Of a stretch of DNA of 64,000 nt, positions 13,545 to 27,000 are shown one piece after another (the stretch's first letter is position 1; every line of letters begins with the position of its first letter). The stretch covers positions 15,554,699 to 15,618,698 of the forward strand of contig OZ316894.1 of the NCBI GenBank assembly GCA_973895155.1, written 5' to 3'. Source of the DNA: Marsupella aquatica. Taxonomy: Eukaryota > Plantae > Marchantiophyta. The notes under the pieces are model-generated. The model saw only the letters and a program-made list of their open reading frames with translations, did not search any database and was not told the origin of the DNA. Made by a program: the position numbers and the translations under genes.

Positions 13545-16500
13545 TTGAACGACCTATCCGGAAGTTTCAGCCCCTATTATAAGCCATTCAAGTTCTGCCT
13601 CTCCAAGACAAGCCTGACTTCGCCCACAGTCAAAATTGGTTGGCTACAAAGAGTCGACTCCTCAACCTCAAGTTTGAAAATATTTATGTACACCCAGTAT
13701 AGATGTTTACAAGGCATGTACGAATTGCCACGCGAATGTCGTAGGAAGAAGTCCTCACAAGAGCAAGCAGGGAAGATACAGATTTGCACAAAGTACATGC
13801 CTGGTGATCGAAGGTTCTCATGGGTTCGAATTCAAAATTGCTTTCCAAAAGCATTTCCAGTCCGAACATTCCATTCCCCATCCAAACTCATCTCTTCTTG
13901 TCGTGCAGACTCCATTCGCTTAGTGTCACCCACAGTGAGATTAGACCAAGGTCTTGAGTTCCTCCCATTCCGACTACCCAGCCGGACATTTGGCTCCAAA
14001 AACCTTATTGTTTCTGGGAACACATTCACATTTATCTTGAGGTCAAACAAAGATGGTGCAGATCGACTCGATCCTGTTGTTCGGGCTAAGACAAGTCCTT
14101 GCTCTTCGAGGAACGTGATTTCGGAAGGAGATAGGCTTGTACCCTTCAGAACAGGCAAAATTTCAGGAAGAGGAGGAAGCTGATGAACACCACGACGCGA
14201 ACGACTCTTATAACAGATTTGGTTTGGGCAGAACCAAATCATTTTGGAGATCGGTTCGCCCCTGAAGAGACGATGGCCCTTCATGACAATTCCAACAATA
14301 CCGTCAGACGAATGGAAGCCAACCTTCTTGATACAATTCCGACACTCATCGCGATCAGAACTCCCATTGAGTGTCCCATTACACTGGGGACCTGCTCCAT
14401 ACTTGGACGTCCGTCGTAGCTGCCACGGCCCCAGAGGGACATCCTTCTCTAGCACAATCATGTGTGGAAGTGGATTCTGAAGTGAGGCTGGTGCACTGAG
14501 CGGAGGTTTTGTGGATCTTGTTATACGGGTTGTTTGAGGGGTATTGTCCAGTGAATCAGTATCACCATCTGATGTGTCCATACCAGAGAGATTCACCACT
14601 CTTGTCACAGGATCATTAGAATTTGAGGGAATGGAGGCAAAGTCAGTTCTATTTAGGTTTTTCCTTTTCAAACCATGAGTATTTGGTGGGGTTATGAGAA
14701 CGGTGTCATGCCGATGGGAGTCTTGTGGAGAGACAGTCCCAGTTGCATGTCCCTTTCTCTTCATTGACTTGGTCACGATATCTCCGGTAAGGGGAGTACT
14801 TCTTTCCAAATTGAAGTCCGCCGCGTTGGAAAGAAGCATGTTGGTCGCATCTTCAAATAACCTCGGCAAACCTGCTTGATCGGCGGAACGGAACGCCAAT
14901 TCCCATATAGTCGGTCCCTTTCCTCTGTTCAACCCTTTTTGATATGCACTGTATCCCGCAACTTGAGAAAGGGCTCGGTTTTGGTCAACTTTGCATGCTT
15001 CAAAAAGACCAACTTTTTTCTTTGTATCCCAGGCTTTCATAGATGCATGCCTTGATTCTGACCCTGTACAGTTGGGAATCAAGGCACCTTCTTCTGCGCT
15101 TTTGCTCTGCCATAGTCCGAATGCAGTAATCAGTACTAGCATTGTATTACCAGCGCCCGGTGCTGGCACCGACAAGTATTTATAACATACGTGAAATACA
15201 ATTGCAATTATGATTTTGGAACTTTGTGGACATGTTGGACTCAAATACGAGCAAATCATACCAGCGCTTGGCACTAATATAAAGTTGATGGAAATGAAAG
15301 ACAAGAGAGGAGATGGATGTCATACCACTCGAATAAAATTGCCCCACTAGCGCCATCAAACAACCCACCAGGATATCCAACTTTGTAGCATCATGAGCTT
15401 TCCAAGGACACAGTTTCCTGATTGCCACCAAACCACAATCTCTTGGGAACACGCAATACGCTACCACAAATGTTGGAGCGTTTCTTAGTTTCTCCCAAAG
15501 TCTCCGATGTTTCGATTGACATTCTTCGAGTACTCCTTCCTTGGAATGCCAATGGAAAGATTGATAAAAGTGAAATGCATCAGAGCGCTCCCTCTCCGGG
15601 TCTGGGTGTCCACCTAAAAAAACATTCCGCACAACATTCCATCCAGCTTGTGCATTGTCCGCCATAAACCCTTGGATGACAACCTCCTGTAATCCATTCT
15701 CCTTGCAAACCTCAATCATAACTCTCCAAGCCTTTTCAAAAGACTCAGTGTCTTCACCTTTCAACTCGCATGTGAAAATTGTACAAAGTGCACGGAAGTT
15801 ATCGTCGTAGACATGCACGCTAAAAGTAAACCAATCGGTTGTGATACGCTGCATCACATCAAAACTGACCCAGGCTCCTTTGATTCTTCCACCAGGTTGT
15901 ATCTGTCTCAAAAGATCCACACCGGAACCGTGACCCTTCATGGTCATTTTAAAGATGTGAGGCCTATCGTCTTGACATCCCTGACCCGGGAGCAAATACC
16001 TCTGGAGAAATGACAGGATAATCTTCTTCTGCATTTGCGAGAGAAAATCAAGTTCACCCCGACCCTTTTGGTCTATCCTAACGCTCCAACAAAGAGATGC
16101 AAACTTCTAGGGAGTGGAAAGTACCATCAGAGACTTCCATATTTCAGTTTCTTCAATATCGACCATGTCGTCAACATGTTCGCAGAGAGCTTTCACTATG
16201 GATCCTATAGCAAAATTCAAGATCCTAGCTGGTTTTGCCAGAGGATTGGCTTCATGATTTTTTTTAATTAAATCCTCAGCCATCTTCTCCGCACTCCTAC
16301 AAAAGGTTTTTCTACCTGGATGGTTATGCTCACCTATATGAATCGCCAGGCGGGACATATAACTACATGTTTCCGCATCAAGTAATACTTGCAGGTACAT
16401 ATAGAACAAACGGGCAGGGCAGTACTTGACACAAAAAGGAATCTGATCACAATAATGACATACAACACCGTCCTCTTTGATAAAAGATCCGACAGCATAC

Positions 16501-17050
16501 TGACCACTAAGCTGGAGTACCCTGCCATGCCTTAGCATTTGCCTTCTTCTTCCTTTGGAAGTACTCGCAGGACTTGTTCCGACATTGAATGAATCCCGTA
16601 CAGGTAACCTTACCAAATTGTCAAAGTTTTTTTGGCTGAACGTTCGCGGTAGTTGGAAATATGCGTGTCCAAATGTAGCAATCTTTGGCACGGTCCATGT
16701 CCCTAAGCCTAGAGCCTTTAGAGAGCATCTTGTCAATTGGTGGCAATTCAAACACGACGTTCCCATTATACTTAGTTGGCAGACAGGAGACTTGCTCATG
16801 TCTGAAATCACCCGTTGATATGAACCTCGATAACTCGCTATGACCAGTGGATTTGAGTAACATATCCATCGCACTGCGCCGATACATGACCTCCAACTGG
16901 TTGGAGCTTCTTGGAGTCTCACCTTTAACAACAGCATGTTGCGGGACTTTCATTTTCAACATAGGACTTGGAGTGTGATCTCCATCTTCACTAGAAGAAA
17001 TCTCGACAACATCAAATGGAACTTGGGGGACACTAGACGGTCCTTCATGT
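13545..17050 (-). pseudogene. Mutator-type transposase (Cys/His-rich N-terminal region, DDE core, SWIM zinc finger)
   Basis: CPARLFY...IHIGEHNHP; WVSFDVMQR, FMADNAQAGWNVVRNVF, DAFHFYQS (DDE core); CSCEDF...CKHLYWV (SWIM, 13577-13798). Stops at 16107 and 13832, frameshifts, and a probable intron at ~15110-15325. Confidence 0.75.
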
Positions 17051-18354
17051 TGTCTTACTCAAAGTGAGCACAAAATCCCCGCGTATAGATGCCAAAACCG
17101 TTCACCATCATCCACATTGAATGTTGCTGCATCTTTGATGTCATCACTAGTTTCGAGCTCTCGAACAATGGCCTCAATATCATTCATCTTCAAATCAAAT
17201 CTCCCGCAAAGGTATCTCTCCCGGACCTGCTTGTAGGTGTCTTCCACAGGGACGGGGATGGTCACAATATCCCCAGTCCCAAATCGGGATAGAACGATGG
17301 ACCGAGATATTGCAATCAAAAACAAATAACAAGGGCTGTAATGTTTCAAGGAAGAAAAGTCTATGGTAATATGGAGCTTGTATCAGTCAAACCTGGGAAC
17401 TTCACATTAACAGATCCGTTTGTATAAGACATAAAACATAGTTGACATAGGATCCGTTGGCGCCATAAATGAATTTTGTCGTTTTTCCCCGATAAGTCCG
17501 GATGTCAGACGCATATATAATGCCAAAAAAGACACCACAAAAATCTTTAACAGACTCTAAGATATTGTATCGTTGGAACAATTTGAGTAGCGCTTGGCGC
17601 TAACTAAAATATCTCAAACATAATATGCCCCAAATCTCGATATTCCATACTAGCGCCTGACGCTAGTATATGAAAAACCCTCCAGATATCCATGAATACT
17701 ATGAAATAATTGGATTTAAATGATCAATGAAAATGTGAATTCTTTTAGAACTATGGATGAAAAATACTTGTTATCACTAGCGTCGGGCGCTAGTATAGGA
17801 TGCAAGTAATGTTTCCCAAAAACCATTAAAACAATACACATTTCTTTAAATATGGGGTTGTTTTGACAAAATTTATTTACTCGAGCCACCATTTCAAACC
17901 TATTCTACAGCTGTTGTTTTTACTACCGCCGGGCGCTACCATGACAAACATCCCAATTATGTACTTCAAGGGAAGGTGTTTATAATAGCGCCCAACGCTA
18001 GTATTCCGAGTGAGGGAGGAAAACGGTCATAACGGTAACACTTAACGGTAACTTATGAGTTCCGTGTGTGTTATGCTTCTTCTACCGCTTGATTTAGCTA
18101 ATTAAGTTCTCCACATACATATGTTGGAATCCGCCAAACTTACGAGCTTCTCGCTTTAATCAAAGAGTTCCGCTGAACTGCACCCTCCTTCTAGAATATA
18201 TTACACGTTGAGAGTTGATTAGAGTTCCATAATTTCATTGTACGATAGTTCGTACGCTTCTGGAAGGAAGACGATGGAGGTATTCCCCTCTTCATCCAGA
18301 GGGTATAGTGCTATTCCTGACCAAGAGCGAGCTTATTCTGAATCCTTGTAGTCT

Positions 18355-18830
18355 TTGTTTACTGGTTTAGTTTATACACGTCGTGTAACTCATTCCACAA
18401 AGTTGCTGCCTCCTACTTATGTTAGCGCTATTTTGGTTCCTAAATCTCTGCGTAGAAAGATGGAGAACCTCGACATGATTGCGATCCAAGATGTTTCGGA
18501 CTGCGCACTCGCGGAGACTGATCTCATCTCAAAACATGTCATGTGTTTTGGAAAGGATTCTCGTGGATTTGACAAGGAGCCGCCTCGAATCCCTCTATGC
18601 CAATTGGTTCACATAGAGGTGGTTTGTACTTTGCAAAAAGATAGCTCTTCCATCGAGAAGCTGAAAGACTCGTTTCGCAATATGGGTTACAATTCATCCA
18701 TAGGAATGCGTTTCTATGTGCAGCCAACGGATGAGAATGGAATTGTTTTGACCTGTACCCAAGAGATTCATGAGTCATGGGATGCAATTTGGCAATTGGA
18801 GAATGAGAAGTTTGAGGCTGAATGCAAGGC
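18355..18830 (+). pseudogene. divergent second ORF of MULE-A, resembling the N-terminal part of ParB/Srx-like proteins; truncated by LTR insertion
   Basis: The pattern IPLCQL..V..L....IEKLKDSF...GY.....FYV........WDAIW..EN.KFE resembles uncharacterised bryophyte TE proteins that continue into a DGNHR motif (from memory, unverified). Cut at 18831. Confidence 0.45.
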
Positions 18831-21800
18831 TGTGATGCCTAGCTAGGAATCACTAGGCCAGTTTAAATGATAAAATAAGGAGTAAACCCTGGAAACATAT
18901 TAGTGTAGTAGCAAAAATATGGAAAATATAAACAATTAAGGGTGGCTATGGAACCCGAGCCGAGGCCGGAAGTAAAAACGCCGGGGGAGGGAACACGATT
19001 AGGTTAGGGCGCGCTAAGTGCCGGCGGCTATAGGTAACTAACCGGAAGGAAGACCAGTCAGGGAGGGGTAAGGATTGATCGCAAGGAATGGTGGCTCATT
19101 TGCAAGCACGAACTAAGCAGACGACTACGGGAGGCCAACTACTATCCATTGCTCAGGCAAGCACTCGGGGTGGAAGCAGATACCAAAAATCAATGCAAGA
19201 AGGGTATGAGCAACGTCAATCAAGCTGCTCATTTTTGGGGATGCCTATTAGAATGGGAAACTGAGTACATTGGGACCTACGAGGACAAAGAATCGGAGAG
19301 AGCCGCTTGGGAACGGTAGGAGCTCGCTCGACTGTGGGAGCTACAGAAGTCTGCCTTCTTAGGAGGAGAACTCATTATGGCTGAATTCTCGTGGACGCCT
19401 TCTGCCAACAAACTCGACGATCTTCTGTTTTGTGAGAACAGAATAGTCGGCATCCGGGAGGCCATCAACCGCTGCAACGACATACACTGGGAGTTGAAAG
19501 GTAGCACGGAGGGGCGGACAAAGGCAACGGTGCTAGGAGAAACATCCACGGAAGCCGCTATGAAGAGGAAAGGGAACATCAATGAAGAGACCACCCCTGC
19601 AAAGAGAACGAGGTCGGCGGCACCAAGGAAGCCAGCCGAGCAAGGGAGCAGGAGGCAGGAAGAAGCCAACGAAGAGGAGGTTGACCCCATCAATGCCGTT
19701 CCAACCAGGGATGACACCTGGAAAGGCTGGGCGGCGACCCTCCCCGAGGAAGTGCAATTACACTTTGCATGCGAGGAGGATGCATGCTTTACGGCTATGC
19801 AGACTCGGAAGTACCAGGGCTTCATGGCCGGATCCGGCTTGGAAGCCTTCGTAAAGTTACCATGGCTAAAGCCGGAGGTGTCGGATTCAGACTTATTAGA
19901 ATTTGTGGGATCTTGGGAGCCCGAGACCAATTCCACAAGGGTGTATGGGAAAGAATTCTATCTCACTCCCCAAGTGATTGCCGAAGTGTTTGGCTTGCCG
20001 ACGGGCAATAAGACCAAAGTAGATACCTGGAAGACCTTGCCAGACAAGGAGTTCCGATTATTCCCAGGGCCATCAACTAAAAATGGCTTCTTTCAGAACA
20101 CCTGCACCAACCCGCACATAGGAGAGATAATCGATTTCTTGCGGGTAACCATGCACTGCAACTTGCCGAAGCCAGAGATCGGCAAGGCACAGATTTACCT
20201 GGCGGAGAGGCCAGACCCCAGCCGGGACTACAATGGATACCTCCTCACCCAATTGAAGAAAATCTTGAAGGAGGAACAATAGGTGATTGGCAAGGGAAGC
20301 GTGTCCCGACTTGGCTATCATATGCCGCTGTTGTGCCGGTATGCTTGAAGTCAAATATTCGCCCCGGTACTTCCCGTGCAGGCAAGAGCACCAGAGGAGG
20401 TTCCAGAACCGAGGCCGGCAACAGAGAAACCGACCCAGCCCGATAGTCCTACAATCGAGCAGGTGTTTAGGCCGAGGAAGGAGGACTTGCCGATGCAGCA
20501 ACCAGGCATGCAAAATCTGCTGAAATTGCTGGAGAAGGAAAGGAGAACGACAACGGCAACGGGACCGGTACAAAATACTGCTCCCAAAGTTGGCCTAAGT
20601 CAACTTACAAGGGAAAACCCCTTTACCGGGATCAAGGAGAGAAGGAGGCCGGAACACGAGCCGGGAGTCCGAATGTATGTAGGAGCCTCAAGTCCCGAAG
20701 CTGAGGAAAAACAGCCCGAAGCTCCTGGTCGCGACAGGGAGAAGAAGAGATCAACGTGGAAGCCGGAGGAACCAGGACCCGTGATCTGTGAGGCCGTGTT
20801 CACGGTAAAACCAGGAGAGCAGCGGGGGGAGCCGGTAGTCCAAGCCGTAGAGGAGGCGGTAGAAGGCTACGAACATGATGACTCCGGCTACGGGTCAGAC
20901 CATCATGTTCTAGGAGTAAGGACCTGTGGCAGGTTCATCCCCACTCTTCCAAGAGTAGTTTGAGGGGACCCCACCCAACAGAGCAGCCCCGAGTCTTCTC
21001 CACCAGATATCGCTCCCCCAAGCTTTGACGGCATAAAACAGATGGCACAAGAGTTTCAGGAGCGACTCAGGGAGGAAGAGAAGGCAGCCTTGGCTAGGGA
21101 GAAAGATTTACCAGGGGGAGAATGGCCAGAGCACATCAAGCGGCTTGCAGAAAAATAAAGCAGCCCTCCAGCCATGATAGAAGAAATCCGCAAGGCGGCT
21201 TGGGAACAAAGGCCGCAATGGGTGATGCCGATGACTTCTACTCACTCTGCCTATGCTAAAGAAAGAGCCATGGAGTACGGGGAGATGTGTGGGGAACTTG
21301 CGCTCAGCATCTTCGGGGAGGAGTTGGAGCAGGGACCCTTTTTCCAGAGGGAGATGTTGGAGAAGCGCCGATTAGAAGAAGCGGTGGCTTTGGAGAGAAG
21401 CAAGAAGGACAAGGTCATCCGTCGGCTTAGGGCAAGGGAAGCCAAGGTAGAAGACCTGAAGGCGGCCAAGAAAGCCCAAGATGAGCTGCGGATTAAGTGG
21501 CATGAGCTAAACATCATGCAGGGGCAATTGGATACCGCGCAGTCTGATAATCAGATTATCAAGGATAAACTGACTCAGACCCAAGGAGAGTTGGCCGATG
21601 CGATCAAGGAGAAGGAGAAGTGGAAGCGAGAGCTGAGAGATGCAGAGGAGGCCCACATAGCAGCCAACAACTGGGCCATGGCGGAGACCCAGAGAAGGGA
21701 GAGGGCGTTGAAGGGGGAGCTCGAGGATATCCGCGGAGCCCTTGAGCAGAAGGAGGCCGAGTTAGGAAAATCCTATCAGGCGATCATTGTGCTACGACAG

Positions 21801-23558
21801 GAGCTCGCATCCATGATGGCCAGCTTCAAGGCCAACCTCCGTGAGAAAGACGACCAGCTCGACCAGACTTATGCCAAGATGAATAAAATGGAGTTTGAGG
21901 TCGTAACGGAGCTTGACAAGGAGCTAAGAGCAACCCAGGAAGAGAGGGCTACCTTAAAAAAGAAGCTTGAGGAAGCCTAGAGAGAGTTGGAGGAAGCCTA
22001 GAAGGAGCGGGAGGAGGCGCGCAAGGACCTGGACAAATTGCAAGAGGAGTTGGAGGAAAGCACGCGGAAGATGGAGAAGTTACAGCGGCGAGCCAACAAC
22101 CAAACGGAGCGGCTGAAGAAATAGGCCGCAGTATTTAAGTGCTTGGCTTCCTCAAGTCCAACTCCAATAGGGGCAACCAAGTTGCTAGGAGTAGTACTGG
22201 CCGAAGGACAAGCCGAGACACTCGCACCGGTGCCGGAGGTAAGTGGCAAGGGGAAGGGACCAGCTGCCAAAACAAGGAAGAAGAAAAAGCAAAAACCTTT
22301 TGAGTCGGGGAGTAACACGGCTTCTCAAGCCATCGTGACCAAGGAGGTAAACCCGACACCATCCTCAGGCAGGGTCACCACAGAGGATCCAACTGTCCTA
22401 CAAGGCGGGGATGGCAAGGGCAAAGCCGGAATGCTCAGTGATGAAGCCGATGTACCAAATCCACCACTAGAATAGGCCAGGGAAGCCGTAACCATATTGG
22501 AGGCCGTGGCCGATGCTGAGGCCAAAGCCGAGGGTGGACCTAGTCAGGCCAATGGAGAGTTGACTCGGTCCGGAGCAGGTAATCTGTCAAAGGACGGACC
22601 TACGGTAGTGGCTGCGGAGGAAGTGTTGGGGGCGTCCATTGAGGATCAGCCACCACTACCATGACGGTGGTGGAGGGCCGCTCCTTTTAAGGAGGGCGGA
22701 CATGGAGGGAGGAGGCGTGAGTGGGCAGGGCGGGCTCAGATCTCCAAGTTTAGAATTAGGATCAGGACCAGGAGGTGGCCCTGACACTTAGCTTAGTGGG
22801 ATTGCAGATCCACTGGTAAGAGCAACACTTGTGCTCCTGCCTCGCTGTACATAGGTAGATTACGGTCAGGTTAGATTAGGCTTACGCTGCAAGGAATTGG
22901 GCGGATCCACTGCCAGGATAAGTACCTGGGCAACGGGGGGGGGTTCACGGCCTTCTTCCTTAGCAAGTTTTTAGTGCACCAGCAGGACTAGGATCAAGTA
23001 GTTAAAGAAGCTCTTGGTTAGTTATGCTGTGACCCGTGTGTATATTCATGTTTCCTCATACTTAAGAGATGAATAGAGTTGACCTCACGGCTTAGTTCGC
23101 AGATCTTGTGTATGAGAAGTATTGTTTGTATGGCAAGTGCATGGTATAACTCAGTCAGAAGGAGTCATTTTGCTATTTGTGTGTTGCATTAACTTGTTTG
23201 AAGATCGCCCACATCAACCTAGAAGGGAGTAAGCAAGGTAGTAAGAGTTGGATGTGTCGAGCTGAGAGAGGTCTTAGCGGCTTACCCAAGCCAGTTGGGG
23301 ATCATTCTGGTGGCGGAATCCAAACATACCTAAAGGGAGACTAGGAGAGGAGGACAATGGAAGGCATAGAAGAGGCCGGCTTCACATCTCATGACCCGAT
23401 GAAGGATCTGTCCAGTATATGTGTGTAAAATGTTAGTCAAAGTTAGCAGCGTCCCATGCCGCTAAGCCGCGAAACCGGCCTCGCCAAGAGCAAAACCTGC
23501 AAGAATCGGCTTGTGCAAGGGGGTTTCTTGGGTTCAGGGAGCCATGGGACGCACCACA
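18831..23558 (+). repeat. giant LTR, copy 1 (4,728 bp)
   Basis: Ends TGTGATGC...GCACCACA form an inverted terminal match. Followed by a TGG-type PBS. Alignable throughout with 50114-54747, starting at the same TG. Confidence 0.85.
19206..22664 (+). pseudogene. LTR-internal ORF, copy 1 (~1,150 codons; plant-mobile-domain-like region plus long coiled coil)
   Basis: ORFs 19377, 20376, 21174 and 22143 all lie in one frame, separated by point stops. GLEAFVKLPW...LLEFV..W......VYGKEFYLTPQVIAEVFGLP, followed by an E/K/Q heptad-rich region. Confidence 0.8.
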
Positions 23559-23562
23559 TTTT

Positions 23563-23580
23563 TGGCGCTAGATGGAGGGG
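23563..23580 (+). other. primer binding site TGGCGCTAGATGGAGGGG
   Basis: TGG-initiated motif 4 nt after the LTR-terminal CA. The primer RNA is not assigned. Confidence 0.75.
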
Positions 23581-24009
23581 GCATTTCTTAAGCCATGAGA
23601 TATGAAGTTAGGAAGCAGCGTAGGTAATGACTGAACCTACGCCAAGGGAGGAAAGAGCGATTCAACGGGAGAGAGCTTGTCTACAGCAGCTCGCCGGGTG
23701 GCATGATACACGACGGCGACTGAGAGGGGCATAAAGAGCTAGTAGCTCTGAAATTGAGAGTGGCATCGAAGAAGAAATACCAGAAGAGGAGTCGGTAAGG
23801 AGAAGTGAGTCCCCAACCAACATGGGGGAACCGGAGGCACAGCCAGAAGAGAGGCTAGGAACCAGACTGAGCCAAAGGTTGCGCATTCATTACAAGGCAT
23901 TTCATGGGAGAGGAGATGAGGATCCAGACGAATGGTTGGATGACTTCGAGGGAACCGCTGCAGCAAATGGAGAATCGGCCATCAAGATGCAAATTCTTCC
24001 CGGCCTGTT

Positions 24010-27000
24010 GGGCCTGACCTCCGTGACAGGAAACAGTAAACAGGAAAAATCATAACAGGAAAAATCAAGGAAGATAACAGGAGTTTTTGCCCTCACAACA
24101 AAAAAAATATTTTATTTTCAAGAGCCAAAAATATATTTTCTATGATATTCATGATCCAGGCTATCGCTTTTTGTCATAATGGGATAAGTTTACTAGCGTC
24201 GTGCGCTAGCCAAAATACAATGATACGTTTTCATATTAGTTGCAAGGGTTATAATTAGCAAATTACATCACATGTTAGGCAAACAAAATGTGCATTGTTT
24301 ATTGGAAAGTATGTAATTTGTATTTTGTCAGTGGATACTTAGCATTTTGGCAAGGGTTATCATTAACACCCCCTCCCGACGCTAGTCAAAATACCATCAT
24401 AGTTTTTACATAGTCACAAGATTTACAATTAACATACAACAAATTCCTATGTTTGTTGAACTCTTACAAAAATGCAATATACTTCTCCTATAAACCAAGT
24501 GCGTCTTTCTTGCATTTGGCCAAATCTGATCCTCTTTAAATTCTAAGGGGGAGACTTAAAGTGTACATCATCATCAAGATTATTGAAAGAGTGCTTACGT
24601 GAGGGACACAGTCTTGGCCAAAAAACTCCTCATTTGGAATATTTTTTATCTAATTCCTAATTAAATCAAGTAATACATATTTTATATTTTTCAAGTTGTT
24701 GATTCTATATATGTGGGTTGTTGTTATTTTCATAAAAAAAATTAGAATTACTTCTAAATTATTCTCATAAGAAGGTGAGGTGCTTAAGAAAATGAGAAAA
24801 GTTTTAGGCTACAATAGGATTAGAGTTTGACACTCTCTAGCAACCCCAAAATATCTAGTATAGTGTTAGGAAAATATGATAGTAATGTCATACTCTACTA
24901 TACAAATTGGCGTAATTTGATGTGTTTAAAGGTCATGAAGATCAAACTCTTGGATTAAATCTAGAAATAAATCCCATAATAGCTCCAGATGCAAAAGAAA
25001 TTGAGACAAATTGAATATATTTATATGATATAATTCCTAATTTAGTACCTAATTGCTATCTCAATAGTCCTAAAATCTTGTGCAGAATGTATAATAGCCC
25101 TAGGCGCTATCGTAAATCATATTTATTTGACGTATTGATTGATAAAAGTATTAGGTGCTATCATCAAATGACACATTTATGTGTAGAAACATCCATCATT
25201 TTTTAAAGAAACTTTGGCACAAGAGTTAATTACAAGAAATAATAAACATAAATCCACAAAACAAATTTAATAAAAAAGATAAAAAAGATACAAATGTTAC
25301 TAGCCTCGGGTGCTGGTAATATCTTACTTGGCTTGATCCCCTCTAAGAATGATATTATTTTAAGAATTTTTCTACAAAAAATTGAGCTAAAATTAGTATA
25401 AAACATTTAAAAATGTTACTAGCGCCGAGAGCTAGTAATATTCAAGTCACCAAGACACTCCAAAATGACACTATATGAGTGCATGTTTACAAAAGATAAG
25501 TAAGCAAAGAGTAAAAAAAATGATAAAATATTACTAGCGCCAAGAGCTAGTAATGTCACACCCACCTAGACCCTCCAAAATGACACTATTTTGAGTGTCT
25601 TTATGGGAAAAAATTAAGCAAAAAAGGCTATAAAAATAAATTAACATTACTAGCGCCCGGAGCTAGTAATGTCACACTTGCTTGGACCCTTTAAAATAAC
25701 ATCATATTGAGTGTATTTATGAGAAAATTTTACAAAAATTGGGCTATAAAAATAAATTAACATTACTAGCGCCCGGAGCTAGTAATGTCACACTCACTTG
25801 GACCCTTTAAAATAACATCATATTGAGTGTATTTATGAGAATTTTTTTAGAAAATTGGGCTATAAAAATAAATCAACATTACTAGCGCCGGGAGCTAGTA
25901 ATGTCACACTCGCTTGGACTCTTTAAAATAACATCATATTGAGTGTATTTATGAGAAATTTTTAGAAAATTGGGCTCTAAAAATGAATTAACATTACTAG
26001 CGCCGGGCGCTAGTAATGTCACACTCGCTTGGACTCTTTAAAATAACATCATATTGAGTGTATTTATGAGAAAATTTTACAAAAATTGGGCTATAAAAAT
26101 AAATTAACATTACTAGCGCCGGGCGCTAGTAATATCACACTCGCTTGGACCCTTTAAAATAACATCATATTGAGTGTATTTATGAGAAAATTTTACAAAA
26201 ATTGGGCTATAAAAATAAATTAACATTACTAGCGCCGGGAGCTAGTAATGTCACACTCGCTTGGACCCTTTAAAATAACATCATATTGAGTGTATTTATG
26301 AGAATTTTTTTAGAAAATTGGGCTATAAAAATAAATTAACATTACTAGCGCCAGGAGCTAGTAATGTTACACTCGCTTGGACCCTTTAAAATAACATCAT
26401 ATTGAGTGTATTTATGAGAAATTTTTTAGAAAATTGAGCTATAAAAATAAATTAACATTACTAGCGCCGGGAGCTAGTAATGTCACACTCGCTTGGACCC
26501 TTTAAAATAACATCATATTGAGTGTATTTATGAGAATTTTTTTAGAAAATTGGGCTATAAAAATAAATTAACATTACTAGCGCCGGGAGCTAGTAATGTC
26601 ACACTTGCTTGGACCCTCCATAATAGCACCATTTTGAGAAATTTACAAGAGAAATTTTACGCAAAAAATGTAGAAAAACAAAGGAACATTACTAGCGCCA
26701 AAAGCTAGTAATGTGACTTTGGCCCAAACCCTCTAGAAAAACAATTTTTTTGAGTCTGTGAGCTTTAATTATTTACTGATATACCACCTATTTCACTAGT
26801 AGTATTACCGTTTTATCTCTTGTGTTTGCTATTGTTGTTAAATACACCAAAGGATATTTTGGAAGGTCATGCAATTTTGCAAGTAATAAAGAAATATCTA
26901 TGTAAATGAGACCTCACCAAAGAGGACTCTTTGTTGGCGTTGAGTGCTACTATGGTAATATGAACAAAAATGACTATAGCCTGAAGGATATATTTTGATA

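Larger units (their letters stand above)
12849..18830 (-). mobile_element. MULE-A: Mutator-like DNA transposon, one terminus visible, interrupted at 18831 by an LTR element
   Basis: The terminus GGGTATGATAGCCATGACAAAAAACATAAAAC aligns with the MULE-B terminus GGGCCTGACCTCCGTGACAGGAAACAGTAAAC. Subterminal CTGTTA(C/A)CAG repeats at 12887-12960. Carries a transposase and shares the palindrome motif with MULE-B. The other end is not seen. Confidence 0.7.

Noticed and set aside
13545-14183. 212-aa plus-strand ORF, and similar antisense ORFs (19277..19936, 50686..51213, 57801..58247, 60320..60727)
   Set aside because: These are shadow frames opposite recognisable coding sequence, with no motifs of their own.
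25290-26720. CRISPR-like array (palindromic repeats at regular spacing)
   Set aside because: The sequences between palindromes are near-identical rather than unique spacers, the period is 116 bp, there are no cas genes, and the array lies in a eukaryotic MULE.
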